This document shows, one piece after another, positions 47,510 to 57,811 of a stretch of DNA of 64,000 bases; position 1 is the first letter of the stretch; each line of letters opens with the position of its first letter. The DNA lies in contig JAGVYH010000001.1 of assembly GCA_018303325.1 (NCBI GenBank), positions 24,849 through 88,848 of the forward strand, given 5' to 3'. A model generated the notes under the pieces. That model saw only the letters and a list, made by a program, of their open reading frames with translations. It ran no database searches and was not told the origin of the DNA. This DNA comes from Candidatus Woesearchaeota archaeon (GTDB lineage: Archaea > Nanobdellota > Nanobdellia > Woesearchaeales > DSVV01). Both the position numbers and the translations under genes were made by a program.

Positions 47510-49306
47510 ATGCCTAAAGAAATCATTAGACAGCCGATTGTAACAGTATTGGGCCATGTTGATCATGGAAAAACAACTTTGTTAGATAAAATTAGGCACA
47601 GCTCTGTAACTGAAAGAGAAGCTGGAAAGATTACACAGGCAATCGGCGCATCAATTATCCCTGCTGAAACTATAAACAGAATCTGCGGAAATTTACTAAA
47701 AAAACTTGGCTTAACTCTTGTAATCCCTGGTTTATTATTCATTGATACACCTGGTCACGCTGCATTTTCTAATCTGAGAAAAAGAGGGGGAAATTTAGCT
47801 GACATTGCAATAGTTGTTATCGACATAAACGAAGGATTTAAGCCGCAGACAATTGAAGCTATTGAAATCCTAAAAAATTCCAAAACACCATTTATTGTCG
47901 CTGCTAATAAAATAGATATGATTTTCGGCTGGAAATCGCAAGGCACTCAGGGCACTGCATTGCTGGAGAACATTTCTAAACAAGGCGTTTCAACGCAGGA
48001 ACAGATAGAGAAAAAGATGTATGAACTCGTCGGTAGATTATACGAGCTTGGTTTTGAAAGTGAAAGATTTGACAGAGTTGGTGATTATACCAAACAAATT
48101 GCTATTGTGCCTATATCTGCAAAAGCAGGCGAAGGTTTGCCGGAATTATTAATGGTTTTAGCTGGTTTATCGCAAAAATATCTTTCAAACAACTTAAAAT
48201 GCGACGTCACCAAAGGCGCAAAAGGAAGTATTCTTGAAGTAAAAGAAGAGCCAGGCTTGGGAAAAACTGTCGACGTTATTATCTATGAAGGATTTATTAA
48301 AGTCAATGATACAATAATAATAGGCGGTCTTGATAAGCCAATTGTCACAAAAGTAAGGGCATTGCTTGAGCCTGCCCCTCTTTCAGAGATGAGAGATAAA
48401 AAAAGCAAGTTCAAAAATGTCAAGCAGGTTTGCGCTGCAACCGGCGTGAAGATTTCTGCGCCAGAATTAGATAAAGCAATTGCCGGAATGCCGTTGTGTG
48501 TTCTCGGAAAAGAGGATTCTTTGGAAGAAACCAAACAGAAAATTCAGGAAGAGATACAACAAGTGATTATTGAAACTGACAATGAAGGTGTTATAATTAA
48601 GGCTGATGCTCTTGGTTCTTTGGAAGCATTGATAATTTTATTGAAAGAAAAGAAAGTATCAATAAGAAAAGCGCAGATAGGCAATATCACTAAAAAAGAT
48701 ATAATGGAAGCAGAAGCAAACACAAAGCCAGAATTAAAAGTGGTGATTGGATTTAATGTCTCAACAAACAGCGACGCACAGTCATATTTGCAATCTCTGC
48801 AGGAAACAGGCATGAAAATTTTAACAAGCAATGTAATTTACCAGTTAATAGAAGATTATGAATTATGGAAAGGAAATGAAAAGAAACGAATAGAAAAAGA
48901 AGGTTTGGATAAATTAACAAGAGGCGGCAAATTCCAAATCCTGCCAAACCACACTTTCAGGCAGCTAAATCCTGCTATTGTCGGCGTAGAGGTCATGGCA
49001 GGCATTATTAAGGTTGGTGTTCAATTGATGAAACTTGACGGCGTGGTAATCACGAAAGTTAAATCTATGAAATCAGGAAAAGATAATGCTTCAGAAGCTA
49101 AACGCGGAGAGCAGCTGGCTGTTGCAATGGATGGGGTAACTGTCGGTAGGCAGATTCATGAACGCGACATATTATATGTTTCTATCACAGAGGAAGAGTT
49201 TAGAAAATTAAAAAGTTACAAAGAGTACTTATCTCCTGACGAGAAAGAGATTCTCAACGAGATTGCAGAAATAATGAGGAAGAGTAATCCTGTCTGGGGC
49301 GTTTAG
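47510..49306 (+). CDS. infB: Translation initiation factor aIF5B (IF2 homologue)
   Basis: G-domain motifs VTVLGHVDHGKTTLLD, DTPGH and NKID. The length (598 aa) fits. Confidence 0.9.
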   Translation: MPKEIIRQPIVTVLGHVDHGKTTLLDKIRHSSVTEREAGKITQAIGASIIPAETINRICGNLLKKLGLTLVIPGLLFIDTPGHAAFSNLRKRGGNLADIAIVVIDINEGFKPQTIEAIEILKNSKTPFIVAANKIDMIFGWKSQGTQGTALLENISKQGVSTQEQIEKKMYELVGRLYELGFESERFDRVGDYTKQIAIVPISAKAGEGLPELLMVLAGLSQKYLSNNLKCDVTKGAKGSILEVKEEPGLGKTVDVIIYEGFIKVNDTIIIGGLDKPIVTKVRALLEPAPLSEMRDKKSKFKNVKQVCAATGVKISAPELDKAIAGMPLCVLGKEDSLEETKQKIQEEIQQVIIETDNEGVIIKADALGSLEALIILLKEKKVSIRKAQIGNITKKDIMEAEANTKPELKVVIGFNVSTNSDAQSYLQSLQETGMKILTSNVIYQLIEDYELWKGNEKKRIEKEGLDKLTRGGKFQILPNHTFRQLNPAIVGVEVMAGIIKVGVQLMKLDGVVITKVKSMKSGKDNASEAKRGEQLAVAMDGVTVGRQIHERDILYVSITEEEFRKLKSYKEYLSPDEKEILNEIAEIMRKSNPVWGV

Positions 49307-49460
49307 ATAAGTAAATGTAAAGTAAATAAATATACTAAAAGCACAAAATAATCGAACATTATTTTGTGCTTTTGTATATCTAGGGAATCAGAGATTCCTG
49401 AGAAGTTAGAAAGCTTTGCTTTCCAACTTACAAATTAATAATAATTTATAATAAAAAAAC

Positions 49461-50009
49461 ATGGCACAACTGCATTTTTTAAACAGGAAAAGAATCAAAG
49501 AGATTTTTGAAGTTCTTAAAACACAGTATGGGCTAAAAAAAGGATATGAAGAGAAACTTAATTATGTGTTTATGATTAATGGAGATAACAAAATAAATAT
49601 AATAGACCCTTCTGTAGCAAGTATCAATCTGGATGTATTGCACATATCTTCTCTTGGCCTTTATTTAGGAGAGCTGAAAGAGAATGAAAATAATAAAGAG
49701 GATGAAATCAGATTAAGTATTGAAGGCTCGCAGATTATCGGCCCATTTGCAACAAAAAATGTTGTGGAAATCAGCGAAGGACTGATGAGATTATGGATAA
49801 GGGGGTATGATATTGAAATTAAGATTAATGACAAATCAGAAAGCGATAAACCAGACAAACAAATAACTGCAAAACAGAAAAATACAAAGCAAGAAAATGC
49901 GTTTGTAATAGTGAAATATAAAAATGATTTCTTCGGTTGCGGCAGATTAAAGGACGGAATAATTCTTAATCATATACCAAAAGAAAGAAGAATAAAGTGT
50001 GAAGATTGA
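49461..50009 (+). CDS. NIP7-like pre-rRNA processing protein (N-terminal domain plus a PUA-like C-terminus)
   Basis: The size fits, and the C-terminal FVIVKYKNDFFGCGRLKDGIILNHIPKERRI is PUA-like. Confidence 0.4.
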   Translation: MAQLHFLNRKRIKEIFEVLKTQYGLKKGYEEKLNYVFMINGDNKINIIDPSVASINLDVLHISSLGLYLGELKENENNKEDEIRLSIEGSQIIGPFATKNVVEISEGLMRLWIRGYDIEIKINDKSESDKPDKQITAKQKNTKQENAFVIVKYKNDFFGCGRLKDGIILNHIPKERRIKCED

Positions 50010-50084
50010 ATAATGTTGAGAATAATCATTTTTGTGTTTGTTTAACTGAGTTTGCAGATTTCCTGTTTCTTAATATTTTTATTC

Positions 50085-50256
50085 CGCTCTCAACTCGTAA
50101 CTAAGGGCGAAGTCCACCGTCCTATGATTTTAGTTTAGAGTTTTTTAAGAAAGGTGTAATTAAATTAACAGAAAAAACTAAATCATCATATACGTGTCCA
50201 ATCAGGTAGGAAATAAACTAATTAAAATAGTGAGACTGGTGGCTTCGCCCAGGAAC
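50085..50256 (+). repeat. Family-E element
   Basis: ccgctctcaac…gggcgaagtccaccgtcctatga … gtgtccaatcaggtaggaaataaa … ggtggcttcgcccaggaac. Confidence 0.75.
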
Positions 50257-50322
50257 GAAACAAAAAAAAGTTTAAAATTAGTACAATAAAAAATATCAAA
50301 ACTACACAAAACAACAATTCAT

Positions 50323-52197
50323 CTACTTAGTAATAGATCCTGTTGGATGCGCTCCTTTCGTATCTAAGCCAGTGAGAACATAATCAGGGTTGTGCTTATA
50401 ACTATAACCTAATGTTTTGGCTGCCAAAGCTGCCCAGAACATATTAATTTTATTGGAATATAATTCATCAAGCCTTGTATCTTCTCCTTTTACCTTAGCA
50501 TCAATAAACATAACAATAAGTCCGTCTGGTGTTTCAAGTGATTTTCTTGTGCCATTGACTAAATGCACCCTTAATTCACCATCCTCTTCACTTTTCTCTA
50601 TTTCTACTGTTGAATCAGACGGAAGGGTTACAAAGTCATATCCTTTTGCATGTATATAACTTCTGTTTCTTTCTAAAATATCAACAACCTTCTGCGGGGT
50701 TACCTGCGGATGATAACTAACTAAATGATCAAGAATGGCTTTTGCGCAATCTTTGTTTCTTTTAATTAATGCTTCTTCAAGTAATTCGAGAGTATCTCTT
50801 ACTCTCATAAACTCTTTTGATTCTCGCGCATACCTTTGAATAACCACGCCAAGCTCGTCAACATTTTGAATATACCTGAAATAACCTGATTTAACACATC
50901 TATGAACAAAATTACGCCTTTCTTCTGGTTCACTTAACATATATTGGGCGTCGACCTCTCCTGAAAACAGTCTCAAAGTTTCTAAAGCTCTAAATAAATT
51001 ACCTTCTTGCACTCCTGCAATGTTTTTATGCTTGTAATAATTGTCAGTAAGTTTTATCATATCTTCCAATAAGCCTTCTCCAACCATTGCTCTTTCCAGA
51101 AGCCCTTGAGTTACTAATTGATTAAAAACATTAGAAATATGCATGTGATGTTTATAAGTTCTGAAAGAATTTATCAGGAAATAATTTTTGAATATTCTGT
51201 ACACTCTTTTATGCCCCAATACTCTTCCTGTTTTGTCCTCTTCTTTATGTCTTTTATTTGCTTCTCTTGTCAATTTGGCAAATTCTTCCATTGATGTTGT
51301 ATCATTTGATCTTACAGCTTCTACTAAGGATTTAAGCGCATAAACTTTGTCGTCGACAATCTCTGTGTTAACCAAACAATCTGAGAATTTAGCCAGCACA
51401 CCCCTAAACTTTGTTTCAGGTGAAAGTTCATCACGTGGTGATATGATTTTATCAATTGCTTTGTAATAGTTATCATCAACATTTCTTGTTAGTGCAGAAA
51501 CTGTTAATGCAAGTTCTTTACTGATTGCTTTTGCTCTTTCCTCGCCAATTCCGCGCGAAATTAAACCTGTACTGAAATCCTGTTCTAAATTAACTAAGTA
51601 TTTTCTTACTGATTCCGGCTCTTGGGAAAGGAATTTTGTCTTTGCTCTCTCTGCTTGTTCTCTGATATGGGTTATATCTTTTTTAATTGATTTTCTGATA
51701 ACTTTTCTCTGTCTTTCTTTTAAAAGACTCCAACTTCTGCTAAATGCTTCTTTTGCTTTTGATTCATATAATAAATTAATACGCTTACTAACAGAATCAG
51801 TTTGCTCACGAATAAATCTTCTATGTTCTCTTTCAGTATATTCTTCAGCAGTATCATGGTATAATGCAGCGAGAACATCTATTGTATCTCCTGTTAAAGC
51901 AGCAACCCTCGCAGCAGAAATTGGATGATTTACATATAGAGCACCGCTTTTTCTATTCCTGCTTTCTTCATATCTTTTAGAAATGTCTTCTAAAGCATAA
52001 AAAATAATTTCTTTATCTTCGCCTTCTGGTTTTGATTCTTGGCCTTGATAAACCACTTTGAGAATATCTTCAAGAAGTTTTCTTTTTTCATCTGATGGTG
52101 TAGCCTCATTTGTAATTAAATTAGATATTCTCTCATCTACAGGTGTCACTATAGGCTTTCTCAATACCACGTTTGACATAGTGCCTTGGGAAAGCAA
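50323..52197 (-). CDS. HD-domain phosphohydrolase-family protein (624 aa)
   Basis: HD signature …YVNHPISAARVAALTG…VLAALYHDTAEE. Confidence 0.5.
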   Translation of the reverse strand: MLSQGTMSNVVLRKPIVTPVDERISNLITNEATPSDEKRKLLEDILKVVYQGQESKPEGEDKEIIFYALEDISKRYEESRNRKSGALYVNHPISAARVAALTGDTIDVLAALYHDTAEEYTEREHRRFIREQTDSVSKRINLLYESKAKEAFSRSWSLLKERQRKVIRKSIKKDITHIREQAERAKTKFLSQEPESVRKYLVNLEQDFSTGLISRGIGEERAKAISKELALTVSALTRNVDDNYYKAIDKIISPRDELSPETKFRGVLAKFSDCLVNTEIVDDKVYALKSLVEAVRSNDTTSMEEFAKLTREANKRHKEEDKTGRVLGHKRVYRIFKNYFLINSFRTYKHHMHISNVFNQLVTQGLLERAMVGEGLLEDMIKLTDNYYKHKNIAGVQEGNLFRALETLRLFSGEVDAQYMLSEPEERRNFVHRCVKSGYFRYIQNVDELGVVIQRYARESKEFMRVRDTLELLEEALIKRNKDCAKAILDHLVSYHPQVTPQKVVDILERNRSYIHAKGYDFVTLPSDSTVEIEKSEEDGELRVHLVNGTRKSLETPDGLIVMFIDAKVKGEDTRLDELYSNKINMFWAALAAKTLGYSYKHNPDYVLTGLDTKGAHPTGSITK

Positions 52198-52288
52198 AAC
52201 GCTTTATAAAGTTTATGTTTACCCCCACCTTGAAGTAACAAATAGGTAGTGAAAGAACCCAGTTAAAGTATAAAATTATTTCTATGTT

Positions 52289-52774
52289 TTAACTGCTTTT
52301 CCACACAGAATCGCCAACAAAATGAATGTTTTTTAAGGCTTTACCATGTGTCATTGCCTTTAACTCTTCTGAGGATGCTTCAGAAACACAGATAGAAATC
52401 GGTTTTTTGTGCGTTTCTTCCAGTATAACAACTATCTCGCCTTTTTGTATCCCTTCGTCAATCTTAGTGATACCTGGCCTCATTATATCTGCGCCGTTTA
52501 CAACGAATTTAACAGCGCCTTTATCAACAATTATTGTTTTGATAGTGGTTCCTTTTATTCTTTCGCCTAATTCAAGAACAAGTTTAAGTGTTGGAGTTAA
52601 TTTCTCCACTTTATCTTCTTTATAAAAAAAGAATAAAACTTTGTTGTTAACTTTGAGCAGGTTCTCTTCTTTAATAACAATATCTTTCTTGTTTATGACT
52701 TCTTTAAGAAGATAATTAGTTTCAAGAGATTTAATTAATTCTTTTACCTCGCTGTTACTTAATTGGATTTTCAT
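52289..52774 (-). CDS. PUA-domain RNA-binding protein
   Basis: PUA-like core GADIMRPGITKIDEGIQKGEIVVILEETHKKPISICVSE. Confidence 0.5.
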   Translation of the reverse strand: MKIQLSNSEVKELIKSLETNYLLKEVINKKDIVIKEENLLKVNNKVLFFFYKEDKVEKLTPTLKLVLELGERIKGTTIKTIIVDKGAVKFVVNGADIMRPGITKIDEGIQKGEIVVILEETHKKPISICVSEASSEELKAMTHGKALKNIHFVGDSVWKSS

Positions 52775-52788
52775 GTTTAATAATTTGT

Positions 52789-53199
52789 TTAATCTGTTTT
52801 TTCTATTTGAATTTTAATTATAGTCTGCGGATCTTTTAGTTTCTCAATTAATTCACGTTTTATATCTTTCGCTGCCTTTGACGCATTTATTGCAAACGTT
52901 CTTTTATCCTTAAACTCTGTTTTTCTTACAACAAGTTCATGAGGATCATTAAATTCTTCATTGATTTCAGCGGTTAATTCATCAGAAATCAATTTGCCGT
53001 GAATATCAGAAACAGATATATCAATTTTAATCTTGCCTTTTAATTTTTTCAGTTCTTCCAGCGAAAAATCACTATCAACGCCAATAATACAGTCTCCTCT
53101 CTTTGTAAGATTGGTATCTTTGGTAAATTCTAAAGTGTTTCTGTGTGTGCCTAACAAATTTTCATGCCCTTTTGCTTTAAATCCAATTGAAAAAACCAT
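52789..53199 (-). CDS. Conserved archaeal hypothetical protein (DUF371-like)
   Basis: N-terminus MVFSIGFKAKGHENLLGTHRNTLEFTKD…GDCIIGV. It is co-directional with the PUA gene and abuts it. Confidence 0.4.
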   Translation of the reverse strand: MVFSIGFKAKGHENLLGTHRNTLEFTKDTNLTKRGDCIIGVDSDFSLEELKKLKGKIKIDISVSDIHGKLISDELTAEINEEFNDPHELVVRKTEFKDKRTFAINASKAAKDIKRELIEKLKDPQTIIKIQIEKTD

Positions 53200-53252
53200 A
53201 AATCAGAGAATTAAAGGTAAAATATATAAATATTCTGAATAAGAAACATAGT

Positions 53253-53492
53253 ATGGACCCAATAAAGAAGTTTTATGTCGCTGCAGCCATTATTTTGCTT
53301 TTCATAGTGGGATTTGCAATTTATTTAGGATACAATGTCAAACAATCGCTTCTTTACCAGCAGGTTGAAGGGTATGACTTAAAATATGAAACGTGTATGA
53401 GCCAGTGTTCTTCGCCAAACTTAATTGAAACGCAGGAACAATGCGAACAGAAATGTTTTGATGATTATGAAGAGAGAAAAGGGATAGAGTGA
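53253..53492 (+). CDS. Small membrane protein with four Cys (hypothetical)
   Basis: TM AAAIILLFIVGFAIYL. C…C…C…C pattern. Confidence 0.35.
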   Translation: MDPIKKFYVAAAIILLFIVGFAIYLGYNVKQSLLYQQVEGYDLKYETCMSQCSSPNLIETQEQCEQKCFDDYEERKGIE

Positions 53493-53536
53493 TATAATGT
53501 TGTTTGTATTTGTTTAGCTGATTAATGTTTTTTGAC

Positions 53537-53975
53537 CGCTCTCAACCCGTAACTAGGGACGCAGTCCCCCGTCCTATGATTATTTTTTAAGTTTTTTAAG
53601 AAATGTGTATTATTGCAGATTAAATGAAAAATTTCTTATTAAGTCGTATTTAATCTGCAAGATTATATACTAAAAGTGATTAATTTTCGTACAAATTAAT
53701 CACTTTTGTATATACAAAAGTGTAAAATAATGTTCGATTATTTTACACTTTTAGTATATTTCAGATTAAATGTAATTTAAGTTTGTTAAATAGTATTTAA
53801 TATGAAAAATTGAAAATTTAATCAATTTATTTTAATTTTCAATAAATTTAAATGAGACTATTTTAATTAAATTTACAATAAACTAACAGAAAAAAATAAA
53901 TCATCATATACGTGTCCAATCAGGTAAGAAATAAATAAATTAATAATAGTAAGACATGTGGCTTCGCCCAAGAAC
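53537..53975 (+). repeat. Family-E element, long form (about 440 bp). It carries a 'cagattaaatg…atttaatctg' hairpin and a complete 'tatactaaaagt' double-hairpin module (53674-53759).
   Basis: The termini are conserved with the other copies. The internal modules match 3700-3750 and 62466-62560. Confidence 0.75.
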
Positions 53976-54037
53976 TGAATAAATCTATTTTTTCTGCAAA
54001 ACAATCTATAATATTTATAAATCAACGTCAATTTTCC

Positions 54038-55153
54038 ATGAAAATGCCAAACAAACTGCCTTTAACAATAGACGACAATGAGTATCTTGAAGCACTGAGA
54101 AAGAAAAAAACCTTCCCGCTTCACTTGCATATAGACGGCTCTATACCTGTAGGTACTCTTTTTTCAATGGCAAAGAAAAGAGGAAGGGTATTGAAACTGC
54201 CGAAAAAAGACGCTAATGAACAAGAAATAAGTTATAGTTCTGAGAAAGAAAGAATAATTGATTCAGAAGAAAAACTAAGAGAATTTCAATATGGTCTTTT
54301 AAGTAAATATCACATTAATGATGTTTTTGACATTCCCATCTCATTTATGCAGACGAGAGATGATATTGTTGAAACCTGCGTTGCTCTTAGCCATTATTTA
54401 AGAACGCAAAATTCACCTTATGCTGAGGTAAGATTTGCACCGCAGTATCATCTAACACAAGGATTAAGTTTAACACAAGTGATAGGATATGCTCTTGAAG
54501 GACTTGCAAAAGGCAGGGAAGAGACAGGTGTTACAACAAGGCTTATTGCCAGCATTGACAGAAAAGTTGATGTAGAAAGGGCAATAGATATAGTTAACGC
54601 TGTACTTTGTTTTAGAAATGAAGTGTTGGGCATTGATCTTGCTTGTGTTGAAAATGGCAACCCTCCTGAAAAACATTATGAGGCTGTTAAGCTCACATTC
54701 GGCACACAATTAAAAAGAACGTTTCACGCAGGAGAAATGTGCTCAGAAGAAGAAAATCTGAAAAACATTTACACGTCGCTTACACTTTTACAGGCGCATG
54801 GAATCAGCCACGCAATACAATTGCACAAGCGCTTTTATAGGGGCTATGATTTAATTGAAATGATGGTAAGAAATGGTGTAAGGCTCGAATCTAACCCAAT
54901 CTCTAATTATAATTTTTTCATAAATTCTGTTGCAGACCTGCATTTGGACCAATTATTAGACAAAGGTGTTTTCGTGACAATAAACCCTGATGACCCTGCC
55001 ATGTGGCCGCAAGGAGATTTGGTATATGGACTTTATCATCTTGGAAAATTATATGGGCTTAAATTTGTTGACAAGGTTATTAGAAATTCTGTTCTTTGCG
55101 CGTGGGGATTGAAGACAGAAGAGAAAATGTCATATCTTAAAGAAGTGATGTGA
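54038..55153 (+). CDS. Adenosine/adenine deaminase-family amidohydrolase
   Basis: Motifs HLHIDGS, FHAGE and NPDDP. Confidence 0.7.
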   Translation: MKMPNKLPLTIDDNEYLEALRKKKTFPLHLHIDGSIPVGTLFSMAKKRGRVLKLPKKDANEQEISYSSEKERIIDSEEKLREFQYGLLSKYHINDVFDIPISFMQTRDDIVETCVALSHYLRTQNSPYAEVRFAPQYHLTQGLSLTQVIGYALEGLAKGREETGVTTRLIASIDRKVDVERAIDIVNAVLCFRNEVLGIDLACVENGNPPEKHYEAVKLTFGTQLKRTFHAGEMCSEEENLKNIYTSLTLLQAHGISHAIQLHKRFYRGYDLIEMMVRNGVRLESNPISNYNFFINSVADLHLDQLLDKGVFVTINPDDPAMWPQGDLVYGLYHLGKLYGLKFVDKVIRNSVLCAWGLKTEEKMSYLKEVM

Positions 55154-55225
55154 GTTTCGGTTTTCACGAGTAGTTATAGAATATATGGATTAAGGTATTT
55201 ATATTTGTTTAGCTGAGGTCTTTTT

Positions 55226-55382
55226 CTGCTCTCCACCTGTTTGTGGGACGCAGTCCACGAATAAAGGTAAGATGGTAATATGGTTTGATGGTCTGAAGGT
55301 ACGACGGAAATAAGTCGCTGCCATCAAACCATCCGACCTTCAAACCTTCTTACCTTTTTTAGTGAACGGGTTGGACATGCCA
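55226..55382 (+). repeat. Family-E element with a long internal hairpin (ggtaagatggtaatatggtttgatggtctgaaggt … accttcaaaccttcttacc)
   Basis: Left end gctctccacctgtttgtgggacgcagtccacg. The internal hairpin is shared with the copy at 58781. Confidence 0.7.
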
Positions 55383-55455
55383 AAAACGAGTAAAAACAAA
55401 TAAGTTTATGTTAATTCACAAGCTTTAAAAAGAAGAAAAAGAAAGATTTTCTTTA

Positions 55456-56022
55456 ATGAAAGAGATTTTCGAAATAAGAATTCACGGACGAGGCGGCCAA
55501 GGAGCGAAGACAGCTGCGCAGTTTATTGCAGAGGCAGCCTTGGAAAAAGGCAAATTTATTCAATCATTTCCAGAGTATGGTCCAGAGCGCTCAGGCGCGC
55601 CAATGAAGGCATTTGCAAGAATTTCTGACAAAGAGATTAAAACATACGCACCTGTTACAAATCCTGACGTGGTATTAGTGCTGGATCAGACATTGGTTGG
55701 CACTATAAATATAACTGATGGGCTTGCTAAAGAAGGCATTCTAATTGTAAACACTTCAAACACACAAGAATGGCTGAAGAAAAAGACAAACTTTTCCGGC
55801 AACTGCATTACAATTGATGCAACAAAGATTTCATTAGAAACAATTGGTATAAATATGCCAAACACGCCGATGATTGGCTCGTTAATTAAGGCGACAAATA
55901 TTGTAACACTTGACGCTGTTGAAAATATTATTAAAAAGAAATTTTTAAAGAAAATTGGAGAAAAGGCAACAAATGCAAACATTGAAGCGATAAAAAGAGC
56001 ATTTAAGGAAACAAAAAAGTAA
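55456..56022 (+). CDS. porG: Pyruvate/2-oxoacid:ferredoxin oxidoreductase gamma subunit
   Basis: RIHGRGGQGAKTAAQ motif and its position in the operon. Confidence 0.85.
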   Translation: MKEIFEIRIHGRGGQGAKTAAQFIAEAALEKGKFIQSFPEYGPERSGAPMKAFARISDKEIKTYAPVTNPDVVLVLDQTLVGTINITDGLAKEGILIVNTSNTQEWLKKKTNFSGNCITIDATKISLETIGINMPNTPMIGSLIKATNIVTLDAVENIIKKKFLKKIGEKATNANIEAIKRAFKETKK

Positions 56023-56174
56023 AGACGATGAAACAAAAGCATAAAGATAAAACAAAAAAACGTAAACAACATAAACTATTCAAACAAAATATCAAAACAC
56101 AAAAGAAAGAAAAAAAGAGACTAAACAATAAAACGAGTGGTAATAATAAAATAAATGATAGAACAAACACAAAG

Positions 56175-56531
56175 ATGGCAAAATTAACTTACAAGCAAAT
56201 ACCAATCGGCGGCATGATAGAAAATCCAGGTAGCTCTTTAGATTTCAAGACAGGAGACTGGAAAGTGTTCAGGCCGTGCTGGGATAAAAAGAAATGCATA
56301 CACTGTATGTTCTGTGTTGTTTACTGTCCAGATAATTGTATTCCTGTTGCTAATGAAGGATATGACGAATCTAGAAATAACTCATCAAAAAAAGAAATAA
56401 GAAAAGAGATTAAACAAGAGGTAAATAATCTAAAAAGAAAAGAAACTGATTTTGATTACTGCAAAGGATGCGGCATTTGCGCAAAAGTATGCCCTGTAAA
56501 ATGTATTAAGATGGAAGAGGACAAAGAGTGA
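56175..56531 (+). CDS. porD: Pyruvate:ferredoxin oxidoreductase delta subunit (2x[4Fe-4S] ferredoxin). The ORF extends upstream to 56028 with a Lys-rich low-complexity leader that is probably not translated.
   Basis: CIHCMFCVVYCP and CKGCGICAKVCP clusters. The internal Met gives a typical size of about 118 aa. Confidence 0.75.
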   Translation: MAKLTYKQIPIGGMIENPGSSLDFKTGDWKVFRPCWDKKKCIHCMFCVVYCPDNCIPVANEGYDESRNNSSKKEIRKEIKQEVNNLKRKETDFDYCKGCGICAKVCPVKCIKMEEDKE

Positions 56532-57811
56532 ATATCATGAGTAAAAATCAAACAAATAAAAAAGATGAAATAAAAGAAAAAGCAGGAACAACTTTAACTA
56601 GTTCTAAACAAAAAATTACAGCTCTCACCGGCGCGCATGCTGTCGCTGAAGCAATGAGACAGATAAATCCAGATGTCGTCGCTGTATTTCCTATCACGCC
56701 ACAGACAGAAATCATGGAGCAGTTTGCACAATACCATGCTGACGGAATTGTCGACAGCGAAATAATACGCACAGAGTCAGAGCATTCTTCTATGAGTTGT
56801 GTCGTCGGAGCAAGCGCAGCGGGTGCAAGAGCAATGACTGCAACCTCTTCAGCTGGTTTAGCTTATATGTGGGAAGTGGTTGGGATTGCTTCTGGACTAA
56901 GGCTGCCAATAGTCATGCCTGTCGTCAACAGAGCGTTGTCTGCGCCGATTAATATTCATTGTGACCATTCAGATGCAATGGGATGCAGAGATCACGGCTG
57001 GATTATGCTCTTCTGTGAAAATGCGCAGGAAGCTTACGACGCTACTATTCTCGCAGTGAAATTAGCAGAACATCCTGAAGTAATGCTGCCTGTAATGGTT
57101 TGCCAGGATGGTTTTATCACAAGCCATGCAATACAAAACATTAAGGTTTATGACGACAAAATTGTAAAAAACTTTGTTAGAGAATACAAACCGAGGAAAT
57201 GGCTCCTTAACACAGATGAACCTGTGACAGTTGGCCCTTTACAATTAACTGATTATTATTTTGAATCGCAAAAACAAAGGGCAGATGCAATATTCAGGGC
57301 AAAAGAGATTTATCTTGAGGTTGGAAAAGAATTTAGTGGAATAACAGGGAAGAAACATCTTTTGTTTGAATCGTATATGCTCGATGACGCCGAGGCAGTT
57401 GTTGTTGTAATGAGTTCAACTGCTGGCACAACAAAAGCAGTTATTGACAAACTAAGAAAAGAAGGGAGAAAAGTGGGTTTGCTGAAACCAATATTATTCA
57501 GGCCATTTCCTTATGAAGAAGTAAGCAAAGCATTACAGGGGAAAAAATATATTGCAGTTCTTGACAGATCAGAAAGTTACGGCGCAAATGCGCCTTTGTA
57601 TGGAGAAGTAAAGAATGCTATTTACGATTTGACTAATAATAAATCTGAAAATAATAAAGAAATGCCTAAGTTAAAAAGTTATATCTTTGGCCTTGGTGGA
57701 AGGGATATATTTGAAGACGACATAGAAAAAGTTTTCAAAGATTTAATTAATGGTAATATCGAAGAAAAGAAAGTAGGATACATTGGTCTAAGAGGAGAAA
57801 AGGTGGAATAA
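56528..57811 (+). CDS. porA: Pyruvate:ferredoxin oxidoreductase alpha subunit
   Basis: ALTGAHAVAEAMRQINPDVVAVFPITPQTEI and its position in the operon. Confidence 0.85.
   Translation: MNIMSKNQTNKKDEIKEKAGTTLTSSKQKITALTGAHAVAEAMRQINPDVVAVFPITPQTEIMEQFAQYHADGIVDSEIIRTESEHSSMSCVVGASAAGARAMTATSSAGLAYMWEVVGIASGLRLPIVMPVVNRALSAPINIHCDHSDAMGCRDHGWIMLFCENAQEAYDATILAVKLAEHPEVMLPVMVCQDGFITSHAIQNIKVYDDKIVKNFVREYKPRKWLLNTDEPVTVGPLQLTDYYFESQKQRADAIFRAKEIYLEVGKEFSGITGKKHLLFESYMLDDAEAVVVVMSSTAGTTKAVIDKLRKEGRKVGLLKPILFRPFPYEEVSKALQGKKYIAVLDRSESYGANAPLYGEVKNAIYDLTNNKSENNKEMPKLKSYIFGLGGRDIFEDDIEKVFKDLINGNIEEKKVGYIGLRGEKVE

Noticed and set aside
56028-56174. Lys-rich 49-aa N-terminal extension on porD
   Set aside because: It is low-complexity (KQKHKDKTKKRKQHK…) and an internal Met gives a canonical-length delta subunit. 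The upstream part is probably untranslated spacer.
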